64,000 nucleotides of DNA from Acidimicrobiales bacterium (GCA_020630195.1 JAHDBV010000004.1:6990-70989); one strand, 5' to 3'. Positions 38,492-47,273 are shown, counted from the stretch's first letter. Notes: generated from the sequence alone by a model not told the origin. A program made the numbers and translations.

Positions 38492-38535
38492 TCTCGCGCA
38501 GCACGACCGGCCATCGGCGCCCGTGACAGACTGCG

Positions 38536-39192
38536 GTGATGGCCGACCTCATCCGTGTCCTCCTGCTCGATGATCACGAGATCGTTCGGCGCGGGGTGAA
38601 GGATCTGCTCGAGGCGGAGGATGATCTCACCGTCGTGGCCGACACCGGCACCGGGGCCGAGGCGATCCGAATCTGTGGTCACACCGACATCGATGTGGCC
38701 GTGCTCGACGTTCGGCTCGAAGAGAGCAACGGCATCGCGGTGTGCCGTGAGATCCGGGCAGCGCATCCGGAGATCGCCTGTCTCATCCTGACGTCGTACG
38801 CGGATGACCAGGCCCTCATCGACGCCTCCGTGGCCGGCGCTGCCGGGTACGTGCTGAAGCAGATCCGGTCCGATGACCTGGTCGAGGCCATCCGGAAGGT
38901 CGCGGCTGGGGCGACGCTGCTCGATGCGGCCCAGGTGCGCCTCGGCATGGAACGACTCCGCGGCACCGACGAGGGCCGGGTCGACCAGCTCACCTCCCAG
39001 GAGCGCCGGATCTTCGACCTCATCGGTGAAGGACGATCGAACCGCCAGATCGCCGACGAGCTCTACCTCGCCGAGAAGACCGTGAAGAACTACGTCTCGA
39101 ACATGCTGGCGAAGCTCGGGATGGACCGACGCACCGAGGCGGCCGCATTCGCGGCCCGCCTCGAGGAGCGCCAGCGGCTCCGGTACGACTGA
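38536..39192 (+). CDS. NarL/LuxR-family response regulator, DosR/DevR-like
   Basis: By recollection of the sequence, it is collinear and highly similar to M. tuberculosis DevR. Shared blocks: LLDDHEIVRRG, DVAVLDVRL..NGI..CR, CLILTSY.D, GA.GYV.K, LT.QER, QIAD.L.LAEKTVKNYVS..LAKLGM.RRT.AA.FA. Confidence 0.9.
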   Translation: MMADLIRVLLLDDHEIVRRGVKDLLEAEDDLTVVADTGTGAEAIRICGHTDIDVAVLDVRLEESNGIAVCREIRAAHPEIACLILTSYADDQALIDASVAGAAGYVLKQIRSDDLVEAIRKVAAGATLLDAAQVRLGMERLRGTDEGRVDQLTSQERRIFDLIGEGRSNRQIADELYLAEKTVKNYVSNMLAKLGMDRRTEAAAFAARLEERQRLRYD

Positions 39193-39194
39193 GC

Positions 39195-39572
39195 TCAGTC
39201 GGCCAGGAGCTCCAGCAGGTCGAACGGCGTCAGGATGCCGACGGCTCGGTGGTGATCGAGCACCACGAGGTGATGGAGCCGCTCGTCCAGGAAGCGGCCG
39301 GCGGCCGCCCGGACCGTGGCGGTCGTGTCGATCGTGCAGACCGGCCGGCTCATGCAGGGTGCGATCGGTTCGCTCTCGTAGGCCACTTCCTGGAGGTCGG
39401 CCAAGGTCACGATCCCGACGGGGTGGTCGTCCTCGTCCAGGACCGGCACCGCACCGATCGGGAGGTGCGTGAGCTGCTGACGGACCCGGCCGATCTGGTC
39501 GTCGGGCTTGGCGGCGACGAGATCGGCGGTCATCAGATCGCCGACCCGGAGGTCACGTGGTTCGGTGGTCAT
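39195..39572 (-). CDS. CBS-domain pair protein (Hrp1-like)
   Basis: 125 aa with two CBS motifs (VGDLMT..LV...P; GAVPVLDEDDHPVGIVT..DL; VCTID....V......F......HHLVVLD....VGILT..DL). Confidence 0.85.
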   Translation of the reverse strand: MTTEPRDLRVGDLMTADLVAAKPDDQIGRVRQQLTHLPIGAVPVLDEDDHPVGIVTLADLQEVAYESEPIAPCMSRPVCTIDTTATVRAAAGRFLDERLHHLVVLDHHRAVGILTPFDLLELLAD

Positions 39573-39598
39573 GGGGGGATCTCCCGTGTCTCGATCGG

Positions 39599-40069
39599 TC
39601 AGGCGTGCGCCCGGAGATGGGCGTCGGTCATGCGGAGTCGATGGGCCAGCTGCCGGGCGATCGCCCGCACCAGCGTCGGATCGGCGTCCATGACGGCGTC
39701 CATCCGGTTGAAGGGGATGACCAGGGCATCGATCTCGGTCGCGGCGGCGACGGTGGCGTTGGCGGGCCGTCGTTCGAACAGGCTCAGCTCGCCCGTGATC
39801 TCGCCGTCGCCGAGGCGTGCGACCTCGGTGGTGCCGACCGTGACGACGGCTTCCCCGGCCACGATCACGAAGAGCTCGGCGTGCAGCCGGCCTTCCTTGA
39901 TCAGCACGGTGCCGGCGGGCACGGTGATCTCGTCCGCCACGTGGGCGAGCTCACGGATCGCCGCGCCATCGGCGTGCTCGAAGATGGGGATCCGTGCGAG
40001 TCGTTCGATCTTCGGGTCGGTGTGGTGGAACATCTCCATGGCCTCCGATGGCTCGTCGAGTGTCACCAT
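39599..40069 (-). CDS. Cyclic-nucleotide-binding domain protein
   Basis: cNMP-binding fold: IPIFEH.D..AI.ELA......VPAGTVLI.EG......FVIV.GEA.V......ARLG.GEI.GELSLF...P..ATV.A.T...ALV. Alternative ATG starts at 40039 and 40033. Confidence 0.8.
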   Translation of the reverse strand: MVTLDEPSEAMEMFHHTDPKIERLARIPIFEHADGAAIRELAHVADEITVPAGTVLIKEGRLHAELFVIVAGEAVVTVGTTEVARLGDGEITGELSLFERRPANATVAAATEIDALVIPFNRMDAVMDADPTLVRAIARQLAHRLRMTDAHLRAHA

Positions 40070-40119
40070 CGTCCGCCCGAGCCCGGCTCGGACACAGAGG
40101 CGAAGGTCCTGAGGTCCGG

Positions 40120-41784
40120 TCATCGTTCTCGACGTGCAGCGGCGACGGCGTCCGCGATGGTCGGGTGGAGGTGTGTCGCCCCGATCGTCTCCTGCAGGCC
40201 GGATCGCTCGAATGCCCGTCGCACGGCGTCGTTGGCCCGGGCCACGCGGACCGACAGCCCTTCGGATCGCAGTGCGAGGACCAGCGTGTCGAGATGGTCC
40301 GATGCGGTGATGTCGATCGAGCCGATGCCCTCGAAGTCCAACACGACCCCGTCCTCGGTGGCCGAGGTGGCCTCGAGGTGGCTGCGGAGCCGTCGTTCGT
40401 ACAGGCGGGCATTGGCGAAGAACAGTGGCGCATCGAATCGGAAGACGAGGATGCGGGCGTCCGGGGTCCCGCCGTGTGCCGCCGACACCCACCCGGGCGG
40501 ATCGTCCGACCAGACCAGGAAGTCGTCGTGCGGACGGCCCAACCGGGTCATCACGAGCACCATGGAGGCGAGCACCGCTGCGCCGACGCCGATCAGGAGT
40601 CCGGCGACGACGGCGAGCCCTCCCGTCCCCAGCGCCAGCGCGAGTTCGGCGTTGTCCTGGCGGGCGAGGCGACGGAACGACGACGGTGCGAGCAACCCGA
40701 TTCCCGCCGCCATGACGACACCGGCCAATGCCGGGATCGGGATGACCGTGAGTGCGTCCCGACCGAGGAGCAACACGAGGACCACGGCGACCCAGGAGAT
40801 CAGCGCTGACACCTGACTCCGGGCACCGAGCAACGCCGGTGTCGCCGACCTCGACGCACTCGACGACGCGACGAAGCCGCCGGAGAGGCCGGCAGCGATG
40901 TTCATCGCACCGAGGGCCCGCATCTCCGCGTCGGCATCGAGTGCCACCCGCTGGTCCGTCTCGACCGCCCGTGCGGTGAGGACGTTGTCCGTGAAGCCGA
41001 TCAGGAGGACGCCGACGGCGCCGGGCAGCACGGTGCGCAGGGTGTCGGCCTCGATCGGGGGGAACCCGGGGACCGGGAATGCCCCGTCGACGGGTCCGAC
41101 CCGTGCGACGTCGAGGTCGAAGACCGCGACGACACCGGCGGCTCCACCGAGCGCGAGCAGCGCGCCGGGTACCTGCGGCGCACGGTCGCGGAGCACCAGG
41201 ATCGTCGCGGTGACGCCGGCCCCGACGGCCGTCGCGGCGAGTTCGGGTGTGAACGATCCATCGACGATCTCGAGCAGGCGCTCGGGGACGGACGAGGCGG
41301 AGAACGAGGTGCCGGTGAGCGGAGCGAGCTGGCTGACGACGAGGGTGATCGCCACGCCCGTGACGTAGCCGATCAGGACCGGCGCGGACAGCAGTTCGGC
41401 GAGCACACCGAGGCGGAGCAGTGAGGCGGCGACGCCCAGCACTCCGACGCAGAGGGCGAGGGTCGCCATGAGCTCGGCGGGCCGGGTCGGGTCCGAGGCG
41501 GCGATCGGCGCCACGATGCTGGCGGCGAGTACCGCCGTGCCCGGCTCCGGCCCGACGCCGAGGAAGCGGCTCGAGCCCAGGAGGCCGTAGACCGGGATGG
41601 TGACCAGCGCCACCCGGAGCCCGATGGCAGGGTCGAGTCCGCCGAGCTCGGCGTAGGCCATCGCCTGGGGGATCAGCATCGCCGCAACCGTGAGGCCGGC
41701 GGTGGTGTCCGATCGGAGCAGCGACCGAATGCCGTACCGGTGGACCGCCCGACGGAGACCGGTGGTGGGAACAGCCCTCGGCAT
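40120..41784 (-). CDS. SulP-family anion transporter with C-terminal STAS domain
   Basis: The ATG at 41784 is followed by AGLTVAAMLIPQAMAYAELGGL (SulP signature) and ~11 TM segments. The STAS end is VVLDFEGIGSIDITA...L...G....VARAN..V...FERSG. Confidence 0.9.
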   Translation of the reverse strand: MPRAVPTTGLRRAVHRYGIRSLLRSDTTAGLTVAAMLIPQAMAYAELGGLDPAIGLRVALVTIPVYGLLGSSRFLGVGPEPGTAVLAASIVAPIAASDPTRPAELMATLALCVGVLGVAASLLRLGVLAELLSAPVLIGYVTGVAITLVVSQLAPLTGTSFSASSVPERLLEIVDGSFTPELAATAVGAGVTATILVLRDRAPQVPGALLALGGAAGVVAVFDLDVARVGPVDGAFPVPGFPPIEADTLRTVLPGAVGVLLIGFTDNVLTARAVETDQRVALDADAEMRALGAMNIAAGLSGGFVASSSASRSATPALLGARSQVSALISWVAVVLVLLLGRDALTVIPIPALAGVVMAAGIGLLAPSSFRRLARQDNAELALALGTGGLAVVAGLLIGVGAAVLASMVLVMTRLGRPHDDFLVWSDDPPGWVSAAHGGTPDARILVFRFDAPLFFANARLYERRLRSHLEATSATEDGVVLDFEGIGSIDITASDHLDTLVLALRSEGLSVRVARANDAVRRAFERSGLQETIGATHLHPTIADAVAAARRER

Positions 41785-41795
41785 CGATCGGTGGG

Positions 41796-42995
41796 TCAGC
41801 CGACGTCTCGGCTGGTCAACGCTCGGATCCGAAGCCGCAGCCAGGTCCAGCGATCGCTCGCGATCCACGGCGAGGGGTCGTGGGTCCAGGCCCGGCGCAT
41901 CACGGCCGGATCGGCGATCGGCTCGAGGGTGCCGTGGGCGACGACGCTCCACCCACGACGACGATCGGGGTCGAACTCGTCGACCTCGAGACACACCGGG
42001 ACACCGAGCCCGGCGAGTGTCGCCTTCGTCCCGGGGAGGCTCCGGATGACGAGGTCCCGGTCGACGACGGCGAACTGCACCGGGACGATCGTCGGACGAC
42101 CGTCGACCACGTAGGCGAGCCGGCCGAGGTCGGCGGCCGCGAGGCGGTCGAGACTGGTGCGTTCGTCGGTGCCGTCGTGCCTGTCGTCTGGCTCGTCGTG
42201 GGTTGGCGTTTCTCCGCCCGTGCAGAGGAGCGCGGTGTCGGAGCCCAGCGCCCGTTCGCCCAGCGGTCCGTCGACGAGTGGTCCACTCGGCACCACCATG
42301 GCCATCGCGCCTCGGCCGCCCCACATCTCGATGGCGTGGAGGTCGGTGCTCACGTGCTCCTCGATCACCACACGCACGCCGAGTTGTCGGAGGTTCCTCG
42401 CGACGGTGCGGCCCCGATCGTCGTCGGTGCCGTCATCGGCGTCGAGGGCGACCCGGATCGGCACGTCGAGCGCCAATGCCCACACCGCGGCGACCGGGGC
42501 GGTCAGTTCCGCCACGTCGTCGGCGTCGTGGAGCGACAACGGGAGCACCAGCGGGCCCGGGACCCAGCGTCGGGAGCCGGGCGGAACGAGCAGCGTCGTG
42601 TAGGGGGAGTCCCGTTCGGCCGCCAGGCCCTCGTCGTCGAGGGTGTCGACGACGAGAACCGGTCGCTCGATCTGGTCCTCCAGTCCGGTGATGTGCGACA
42701 TCCTGGGGGGTGCGGTCGGCACGCCCCGAGCCTGGGTGGTGGTCGCGGCCACCTCGAGTCCGGCGGGGTCCGATGCGACGACCTGGAGCGTGGTCCCGGT
42801 CCAGTTGACGAGCACCGCTGCCGCGGCGACCCGTGTCTCGAGCGTCTGGTCGTCGGTCTGCTCACCGGGACGGACTGCGACGACGACCGTTCGGAAGGGG
42901 GTGAACTGGTCGATCCGGGCGCCGAGCTCCGGACCATCGCCCCGGGGGCGGAAGGCCGGAGAGTGGTTGGGCTGAGGTGAAGAGGTCGTGGGCAT
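41796..42995 (-). CDS. Fusion protein: two degenerate USP-like domains plus a C-terminal pyridoxamine-5'-phosphate-oxidase-like (PPOX/split-barrel) domain
   Basis: The N-terminal ~270 aa have USP-like strand patterns (VVVAVRPG...; VLVVDT...LLVPPG; LVLPLS...) but lack the ATP-loop glycines. The C-terminal ~125 aa are LAYVVDGRPTIVPVQFAVVDRDLVIRS..G.K......VCLEVDEFD....GWSVVAHG (Pyridox_ox_2-like). Confidence 0.7.
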   Translation of the reverse strand: MPTTSSPQPNHSPAFRPRGDGPELGARIDQFTPFRTVVVAVRPGEQTDDQTLETRVAAAAVLVNWTGTTLQVVASDPAGLEVAATTTQARGVPTAPPRMSHITGLEDQIERPVLVVDTLDDEGLAAERDSPYTTLLVPPGSRRWVPGPLVLPLSLHDADDVAELTAPVAAVWALALDVPIRVALDADDGTDDDRGRTVARNLRQLGVRVVIEEHVSTDLHAIEMWGGRGAMAMVVPSGPLVDGPLGERALGSDTALLCTGGETPTHDEPDDRHDGTDERTSLDRLAAADLGRLAYVVDGRPTIVPVQFAVVDRDLVIRSLPGTKATLAGLGVPVCLEVDEFDPDRRRGWSVVAHGTLEPIADPAVMRRAWTHDPSPWIASDRWTWLRLRIRALTSRDVG

Positions 42996-43105
42996 GTGAG
43001 GGCTCCGGGTCGGGCGGACAGGGGCTACTCAAGGGGCGGTCCGGGTCCGGTGGCCAGGGACCTCCGACCCTGTTCGCGGATCGCCATCGGCGCTGGGCTG
43101 GTGAC

Positions 43106-43531
43106 ATGACACGCACGATTGTCGGAATCGACGGCTCGGCCTCCTCGGTGGCCGCACTCCGCTGGGCGGTCGATGCCGCCCGGCCCGGCGACGAGATCGT
43201 CGCCGTGATGGCCTGGAGCATCTACCCGGTCGGGGGCCTCGAGGCGCCTGGCATCAATCCCGCCGAGGTGGAGGTGGCGACCCGTCGCGACCTCGCCGAC
43301 GTGCTCGCCCCGGTCGAGGCGCCGGAGGGCGTGACGATCACGTCGTCCGTCGTGCACGGCCGGCCGGCCGGGGTGTTGACGACGGCGTCTCGCGATGCCG
43401 ACCTCGTGGTCGTCGGTCGACGCGGGCTCGGCGGCTTCCTCGGTCTGGTCCTCGGCTCGGTGTCGGACCAGGTCGTCCACCACGCCCGTTGTCCTGTCGT
43501 CGTGGTCTCGGCACCGGACGACGATGCGTGA
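43106..43531 (+). CDS. Universal stress protein (single USP domain)
   Basis: ATG at 43106 (MTRTIVGIDGSASSVAALRWA...LVVVGRRGLGGFLGLVLGSVSDQVVHHARCPVVVV). Confidence 0.9.
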   Translation: MTRTIVGIDGSASSVAALRWAVDAARPGDEIVAVMAWSIYPVGGLEAPGINPAEVEVATRRDLADVLAPVEAPEGVTITSSVVHGRPAGVLTTASRDADLVVVGRRGLGGFLGLVLGSVSDQVVHHARCPVVVVSAPDDDA

Positions 43532-44226
43532 TGACCGTCCCGGGTGAGGTCGTGGCGGCGGTCGAGGATCCTCGTCGACCCGGTCCGGTCGCGGCGGTGG
43601 CGGAGTCGGTCGCTGCGCTGCTCGGTGTTCCGGCCCGGATCCTCCACACCGATGACGACGACGTCGTCAGCCGGGTTCTCGAGGAAGTGCGATCGACCTC
43701 CATGCTGGTGTTGGGGTCGCGTCATGCGAATCGGTGGAGTGGGAAGCACTCCGTGGCCGAACAGTGTCTCGACGGCCATGACGGCCCGACCATGGTGGTC
43801 GGTCCGAGGTCCGCCGGTGCTCTCGGCGAGGGTGACGTGCTCGTGCCGCTCGACGGGTCGTCCGCTGCCCTCGCAGCGGTGCCGTTCGCCCGTGAGCTCG
43901 CCACTCGGCTCGCTCGGGGTGTCTCCACCGTCCGGGTCGTTCCTCCGGATGGGGGCTCTGGAAGGACCTCACCCGAGCCCGTCGAGCCGCACCCGGGCCC
44001 ACTCGACCTCCGCGTCGAGATCGTGGTCTCCGACGACGTGATCGACGGCCTCGCCGAGGTGGTCGCCGAAGCTGATCCAGCATGTGTCGTGATGTCGTCG
44101 CGAGGGGATCGCTCGCATCGCCGATCGACGATCTCGCGAGTCTGTACGGGGCTCATCGCCGCGTCGACCCGGCCGGTCGTCGTCGTCCCCGAGTCGGGTG
44201 GCGAGCCGGTTCAGCGCAACGGCTGA
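43531..44226 (+). CDS. USP-like protein, two degenerate domains
   Basis: The start overlaps the upstream stop (GTGATGA). It has USP-like repeats (...MLVLGSRH...PTMVV; VLVPLDGSSAALAAVPFA...CVVMSSRG...RPVVVV) without a complete ATP motif. Confidence 0.65.
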   Translation: MTVPGEVVAAVEDPRRPGPVAAVAESVAALLGVPARILHTDDDDVVSRVLEEVRSTSMLVLGSRHANRWSGKHSVAEQCLDGHDGPTMVVGPRSAGALGEGDVLVPLDGSSAALAAVPFARELATRLARGVSTVRVVPPDGGSGRTSPEPVEPHPGPLDLRVEIVVSDDVIDGLAEVVAEADPACVVMSSRGDRSHRRSTISRVCTGLIAASTRPVVVVPESGGEPVQRNG

Positions 44227-45245
44227 CTCCACTCGATCCGCGTTCCGCCACCCTGACCGGGACCGATGTGGAAGCTCCCGTCGGCGTCTTCCGCTCGGCT
44301 GGCGAGGTTCCGGAGTCCGTTGCCCGACCCGTCGGTGCGTCCGCTCGTGTCGATGCCCCCCGGGCCGATGCCGTTGTCGGTCACGATCACCTCGACCCGG
44401 TCATCGTCGGCGCGGACCTCGACCTGGGCGGCTGATGCGCTTGCGTGACGGGCCACGTTCGTGAGGGCCTCACCGACGACCGCGGCGAGTTCCTGGGCGA
44501 CGTGTCGTGCCCGGGCGTCGATCCGATGGTCGATGCGCAGCGTCGGCGTGAACCCGAGGGCGGCGGCGGCCCCCACCACGGTGCGAAGCACGAGTTCACT
44601 CGGCGTCTGGTTCGAGGAGTCACCGCCGTGCAGCTCGAAGATCGTCCGCCGGAGCGACGAGATGGCGGTGTCGATGTCGTCGACGGACATCGAGAGCCGA
44701 TCCCGGATGACCGGGTCGACGATCCGAGGCAGAAGCGCCTGGAGGCTCATGCCGGTGGCGAAGAGCTGCTGGATCACCGAGTCGTGCAGGTCGCGGGCGA
44801 TCCGCTCACGGTCGTGCATGAGTTGGAGCAGTTCCTGCGCGCTCTGCAGTTGGAGGTCACCGTGGCGGCGGGCCACGGCGTATCGCACGGCCCGGTCGAC
44901 CGTCTCGACGTCGACGGCCTGCTTCGTGAGGTAGTCCTGAGCGCCGCGCTCCACCGCGGCCTGGGCGGTGCGGGGATCGTCGAGGCCGGTGAGCACCACC
45001 ACGGGGACGTCGGGAGCGACCTCGCCGAGTTTCGCGATCGACGCCAGACCGGAGGCATCGGGGAGTGACAGATCGAGCAGGATCGCGGCGAAGTCGCCGG
45101 GCAGCGCGGCGCAGGCCGACTCGAGATCGGTGACGTGCTCGACGTCGTAGTCGGTGTCGGCCCGCTCGAGCATCCGTCGCATGGTGCGGGCGTCGAGCGG
45201 GTTGTCTTCGACGAGCAGCACCCGGTGGACGTCGGCGGTACTCAC
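44211..45245 (-). CDS. Hybrid REC - HisKA_3 - HATPase histidine kinase (receiver domain as the only input domain)
   Basis: The N-terminal REC is VLLVEDNPLD...ILLDLSLPD...VVVLTG...DYLTK. The HisKA_3 H-box is RERIARDLHDSVIQQL. HATPase motifs are EALTNVARHA, DNGIG and GNGLRNL. The GTG start overlaps the upstream stop (GTGA). Confidence 0.9.
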   Translation of the reverse strand: MSTADVHRVLLVEDNPLDARTMRRMLERADTDYDVEHVTDLESACAALPGDFAAILLDLSLPDASGLASIAKLGEVAPDVPVVVLTGLDDPRTAQAAVERGAQDYLTKQAVDVETVDRAVRYAVARRHGDLQLQSAQELLQLMHDRERIARDLHDSVIQQLFATGMSLQALLPRIVDPVIRDRLSMSVDDIDTAISSLRRTIFELHGGDSSNQTPSELVLRTVVGAAAALGFTPTLRIDHRIDARARHVAQELAAVVGEALTNVARHASASAAQVEVRADDDRVEVIVTDNGIGPGGIDTSGRTDGSGNGLRNLASRAEDADGSFHIGPGQGGGTRIEWSQPLR

Positions 45246-45673
45246 CGGTCGGTGGCGTCGCCGGGGACCGTGGCGATCGAGAACCAGAAGCCATCGATGG
45301 CCTGGACGACGTCGACCCAGCCCGCGAGGCCCACGGGCTTGGTCACGTAGGCGTTGGCGCCGAGGCCGTAGGCGGCTTCGACGTCGCTGGTCGAAGCCGA
45401 GCTCGTGAGCACCACCACCGGGATCGACCTGAGGTCGTCATCGCTGCGCATCGCGTCGAGCACGGCCCGCCCGTCGAGCCCGGGCAGGTTGAGGTCGAGC
45501 AGCACCAGCTCGGGGCGGGGGCGTTCGGCCAGTCGCTCGAGCGCGGCCTCGCCGGAGGTGACGTGCTCGATCTCGTTGGCGAGCTGGATCTTCGCTGCGG
45601 CGTTGATCGTCGACCGGGCGTCGAGGAGGTTGTCCTCGACGAGCAGGACGCGGATGGATCGGGAGTCAGGCAT
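45242..45673 (-). CDS. Single-domain (CheY/Rcp1-like) response regulator
   Basis: ATG at 45673. VLLVEDNLLDAR...LVLLDLNLPGLDG...PVVVLTSS...NAYVTKP. There is no output domain. It overlaps the upstream kinase stop by 8 nt. Confidence 0.9.
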   Translation of the reverse strand: MPDSRSIRVLLVEDNLLDARSTINAAAKIQLANEIEHVTSGEAALERLAERPRPELVLLDLNLPGLDGRAVLDAMRSDDDLRSIPVVVLTSSASTSDVEAAYGLGANAYVTKPVGLAGWVDVVQAIDGFWFSIATVPGDATDR

Positions 45674-47273
45674 CGTGGGTCTCGATGATCGGGAGGGTGA
45701 AGATGAACGTGGCGCCATCGCCGGGTTCGGAATGCACCGAGATGGTTCCGCCGTGCCGCTCGACGATCCGCTGGCACAGCGCGAGCCCGATCCCGACGCC
45801 GTCGTAGCCGGCATGGGCCCGCTTGAAGAGCTCGAAGACCCGCTCGTGGTGGGCGGCATCGATCCCGACGCCGTTGTCGGCCACGGCGATCCGCCAGGTG
45901 CCATCGGCCTCGTCGCCGGCGATGGAGATCACCGGCGGCCGATCATCGGCCCGGTATTTGATCGCGTTCTCGACGAGGTTCTGGAGGAGCTGCTCGAGCA
46001 TGGTCGCGTGTCCACGCACGGTCGGGAGGGCCCCGAGTTCGATCCGTCCGCCGAGGTCGTCGAGCGTCGGGCGGACGCGGGCCACGACGAGATCGGCGAG
46101 GGCGTCGAGGTCGACCGGAGTCCCGTCCTCGATCTGGGGCCCCTGGACACGTGAGTAGGACAGCAGCGCCTGGATGAGACGTTCCATCCGCCCGACCGCG
46201 TCCGACGTGAGCTGCTTCAGCTCGAGCGCCTCGTCGTCGAAGCCCGTGCCGATGGTGTTCGTGAGGTGCTCGTCGAGCAGGTCCATTCCCTGGCGGACGT
46301 TGCGGAGCGGCGTCTGGAGATCGTGGGAGGCGATGTAGGCGAACTGCTCGAGATCGCGGTTCGAGCGGGCGAGATCGGCCATCGACCGGCGCAGCTCGGC
46401 GGTGCGTTCGGCGACGCGGGACTCGAGTACGTCGTTGGCCTCGGTGAGTCGGCGTTCAGCCTCGACCCGTTCGGTCAGGTCGTGGAGCACACCCGTGAAA
46501 ACCCGGCCGTTCGGGGTGACGACCTCGCTGACCGCGAGCGCGACGGGGAACGTCGTGCCATCGGCCCGCAGCGCCGTGACGTCCCGGCCGATGCCGATGA
46601 TGTGCGGTTCACCCGAGGTGAGATAACGCTCGAGATAGCCGGCGTGCTCGGAGCGGAACGGCTCCGGCATGAGTTTGGTGACGTTCCGGCCGACCAGCTC
46701 GCTCGCAGGCCATCCGAACAGCTCCTCGGTGGCGTCGTTCACCTCGAGCACGAGTCCGGTCTCGTCGATGAGAACGATCGGGTCGACAGCGGTCCGGAGC
46801 ACGGCCCGGAGCAGGTCCTCCGATCGGGTGGCGCCCCGGATCCGCTCGCGTTCCCGGGTGACGTCCCGGGCGAGGAGAACGACCCGGTCACCGTCCGGGA
46901 TGAGGGTCCACCACCCGAATCGGCCGGCCTCGGTCGTGAAGAGCCGCCGGGGTTCGGTGTCGGCCGCGGCCGCCTGGACCAGTTCGGTGAACGTCCGCTC
47001 GTCGGGCTCGCCGTCGTCGCCGAGCACGGTCGGCTCGAGCACGTTGCCGACCGCGAGCCCCCAGGACGCGCCGACGGCGTTCGTCGCGAGGATCCGTCCC
47101 CCGGTGTCGACCACGACCACCGGATCCGGCCCGGCGGTCGTCCACGGGGGGAGGTCGATGTCGATGTTGTTCTCCCCCGGCATCCGCCCATGGTCGACCA
47201 TCGGGACCCGTGTGGCAACCATCCGCGACGACGTGGCCGCGACGGTCTTTGGGCCCTGTTCGAGCGTTGCCAT
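45666..47273 (-). CDS. PAS-PAS sensor histidine kinase; second PAS is FixL-type (heme/O2-sensing-like)
   Basis: By recollection, the second PAS (LMPEPFRSEHAGYLERYLTSGEPHIIGIGRDVTALRADGTTFPVALAVSE...VFTGVLHDLTE) is near-collinear with the Bradyrhizobium FixL heme domain. The match includes the proximal His (codon 46644-46646). HisKA H-box ASHDLQTPLRNV, HATPase N/G boxes (NLVENAIKY, DNGVGI, GIGLALC). The start is uncertain (ATGs at 47273, 47222, 47201, 47183). Confidence 0.85.
   Translation of the reverse strand: MATLEQGPKTVAATSSRMVATRVPMVDHGRMPGENNIDIDLPPWTTAGPDPVVVVDTGGRILATNAVGASWGLAVGNVLEPTVLGDDGEPDERTFTELVQAAAADTEPRRLFTTEAGRFGWWTLIPDGDRVVLLARDVTRERERIRGATRSEDLLRAVLRTAVDPIVLIDETGLVLEVNDATEELFGWPASELVGRNVTKLMPEPFRSEHAGYLERYLTSGEPHIIGIGRDVTALRADGTTFPVALAVSEVVTPNGRVFTGVLHDLTERVEAERRLTEANDVLESRVAERTAELRRSMADLARSNRDLEQFAYIASHDLQTPLRNVRQGMDLLDEHLTNTIGTGFDDEALELKQLTSDAVGRMERLIQALLSYSRVQGPQIEDGTPVDLDALADLVVARVRPTLDDLGGRIELGALPTVRGHATMLEQLLQNLVENAIKYRADDRPPVISIAGDEADGTWRIAVADNGVGIDAAHHERVFELFKRAHAGYDGVGIGLALCQRIVERHGGTISVHSEPGDGATFIFTLPIIETHDA

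Noticed and set aside
31632-43066. The 9-mer GGACCTCCG recurring at 31632, 33577 and 43058 as a dedicated regulatory word
   Set aside because: Three copies of a GC-rich 9-mer are not convincing. One copy is part of the pckG terminator stem, and the others overlap the box-like palindromes already reported. It also contains the anti-SD-like CCTCC. I did not report it separately.
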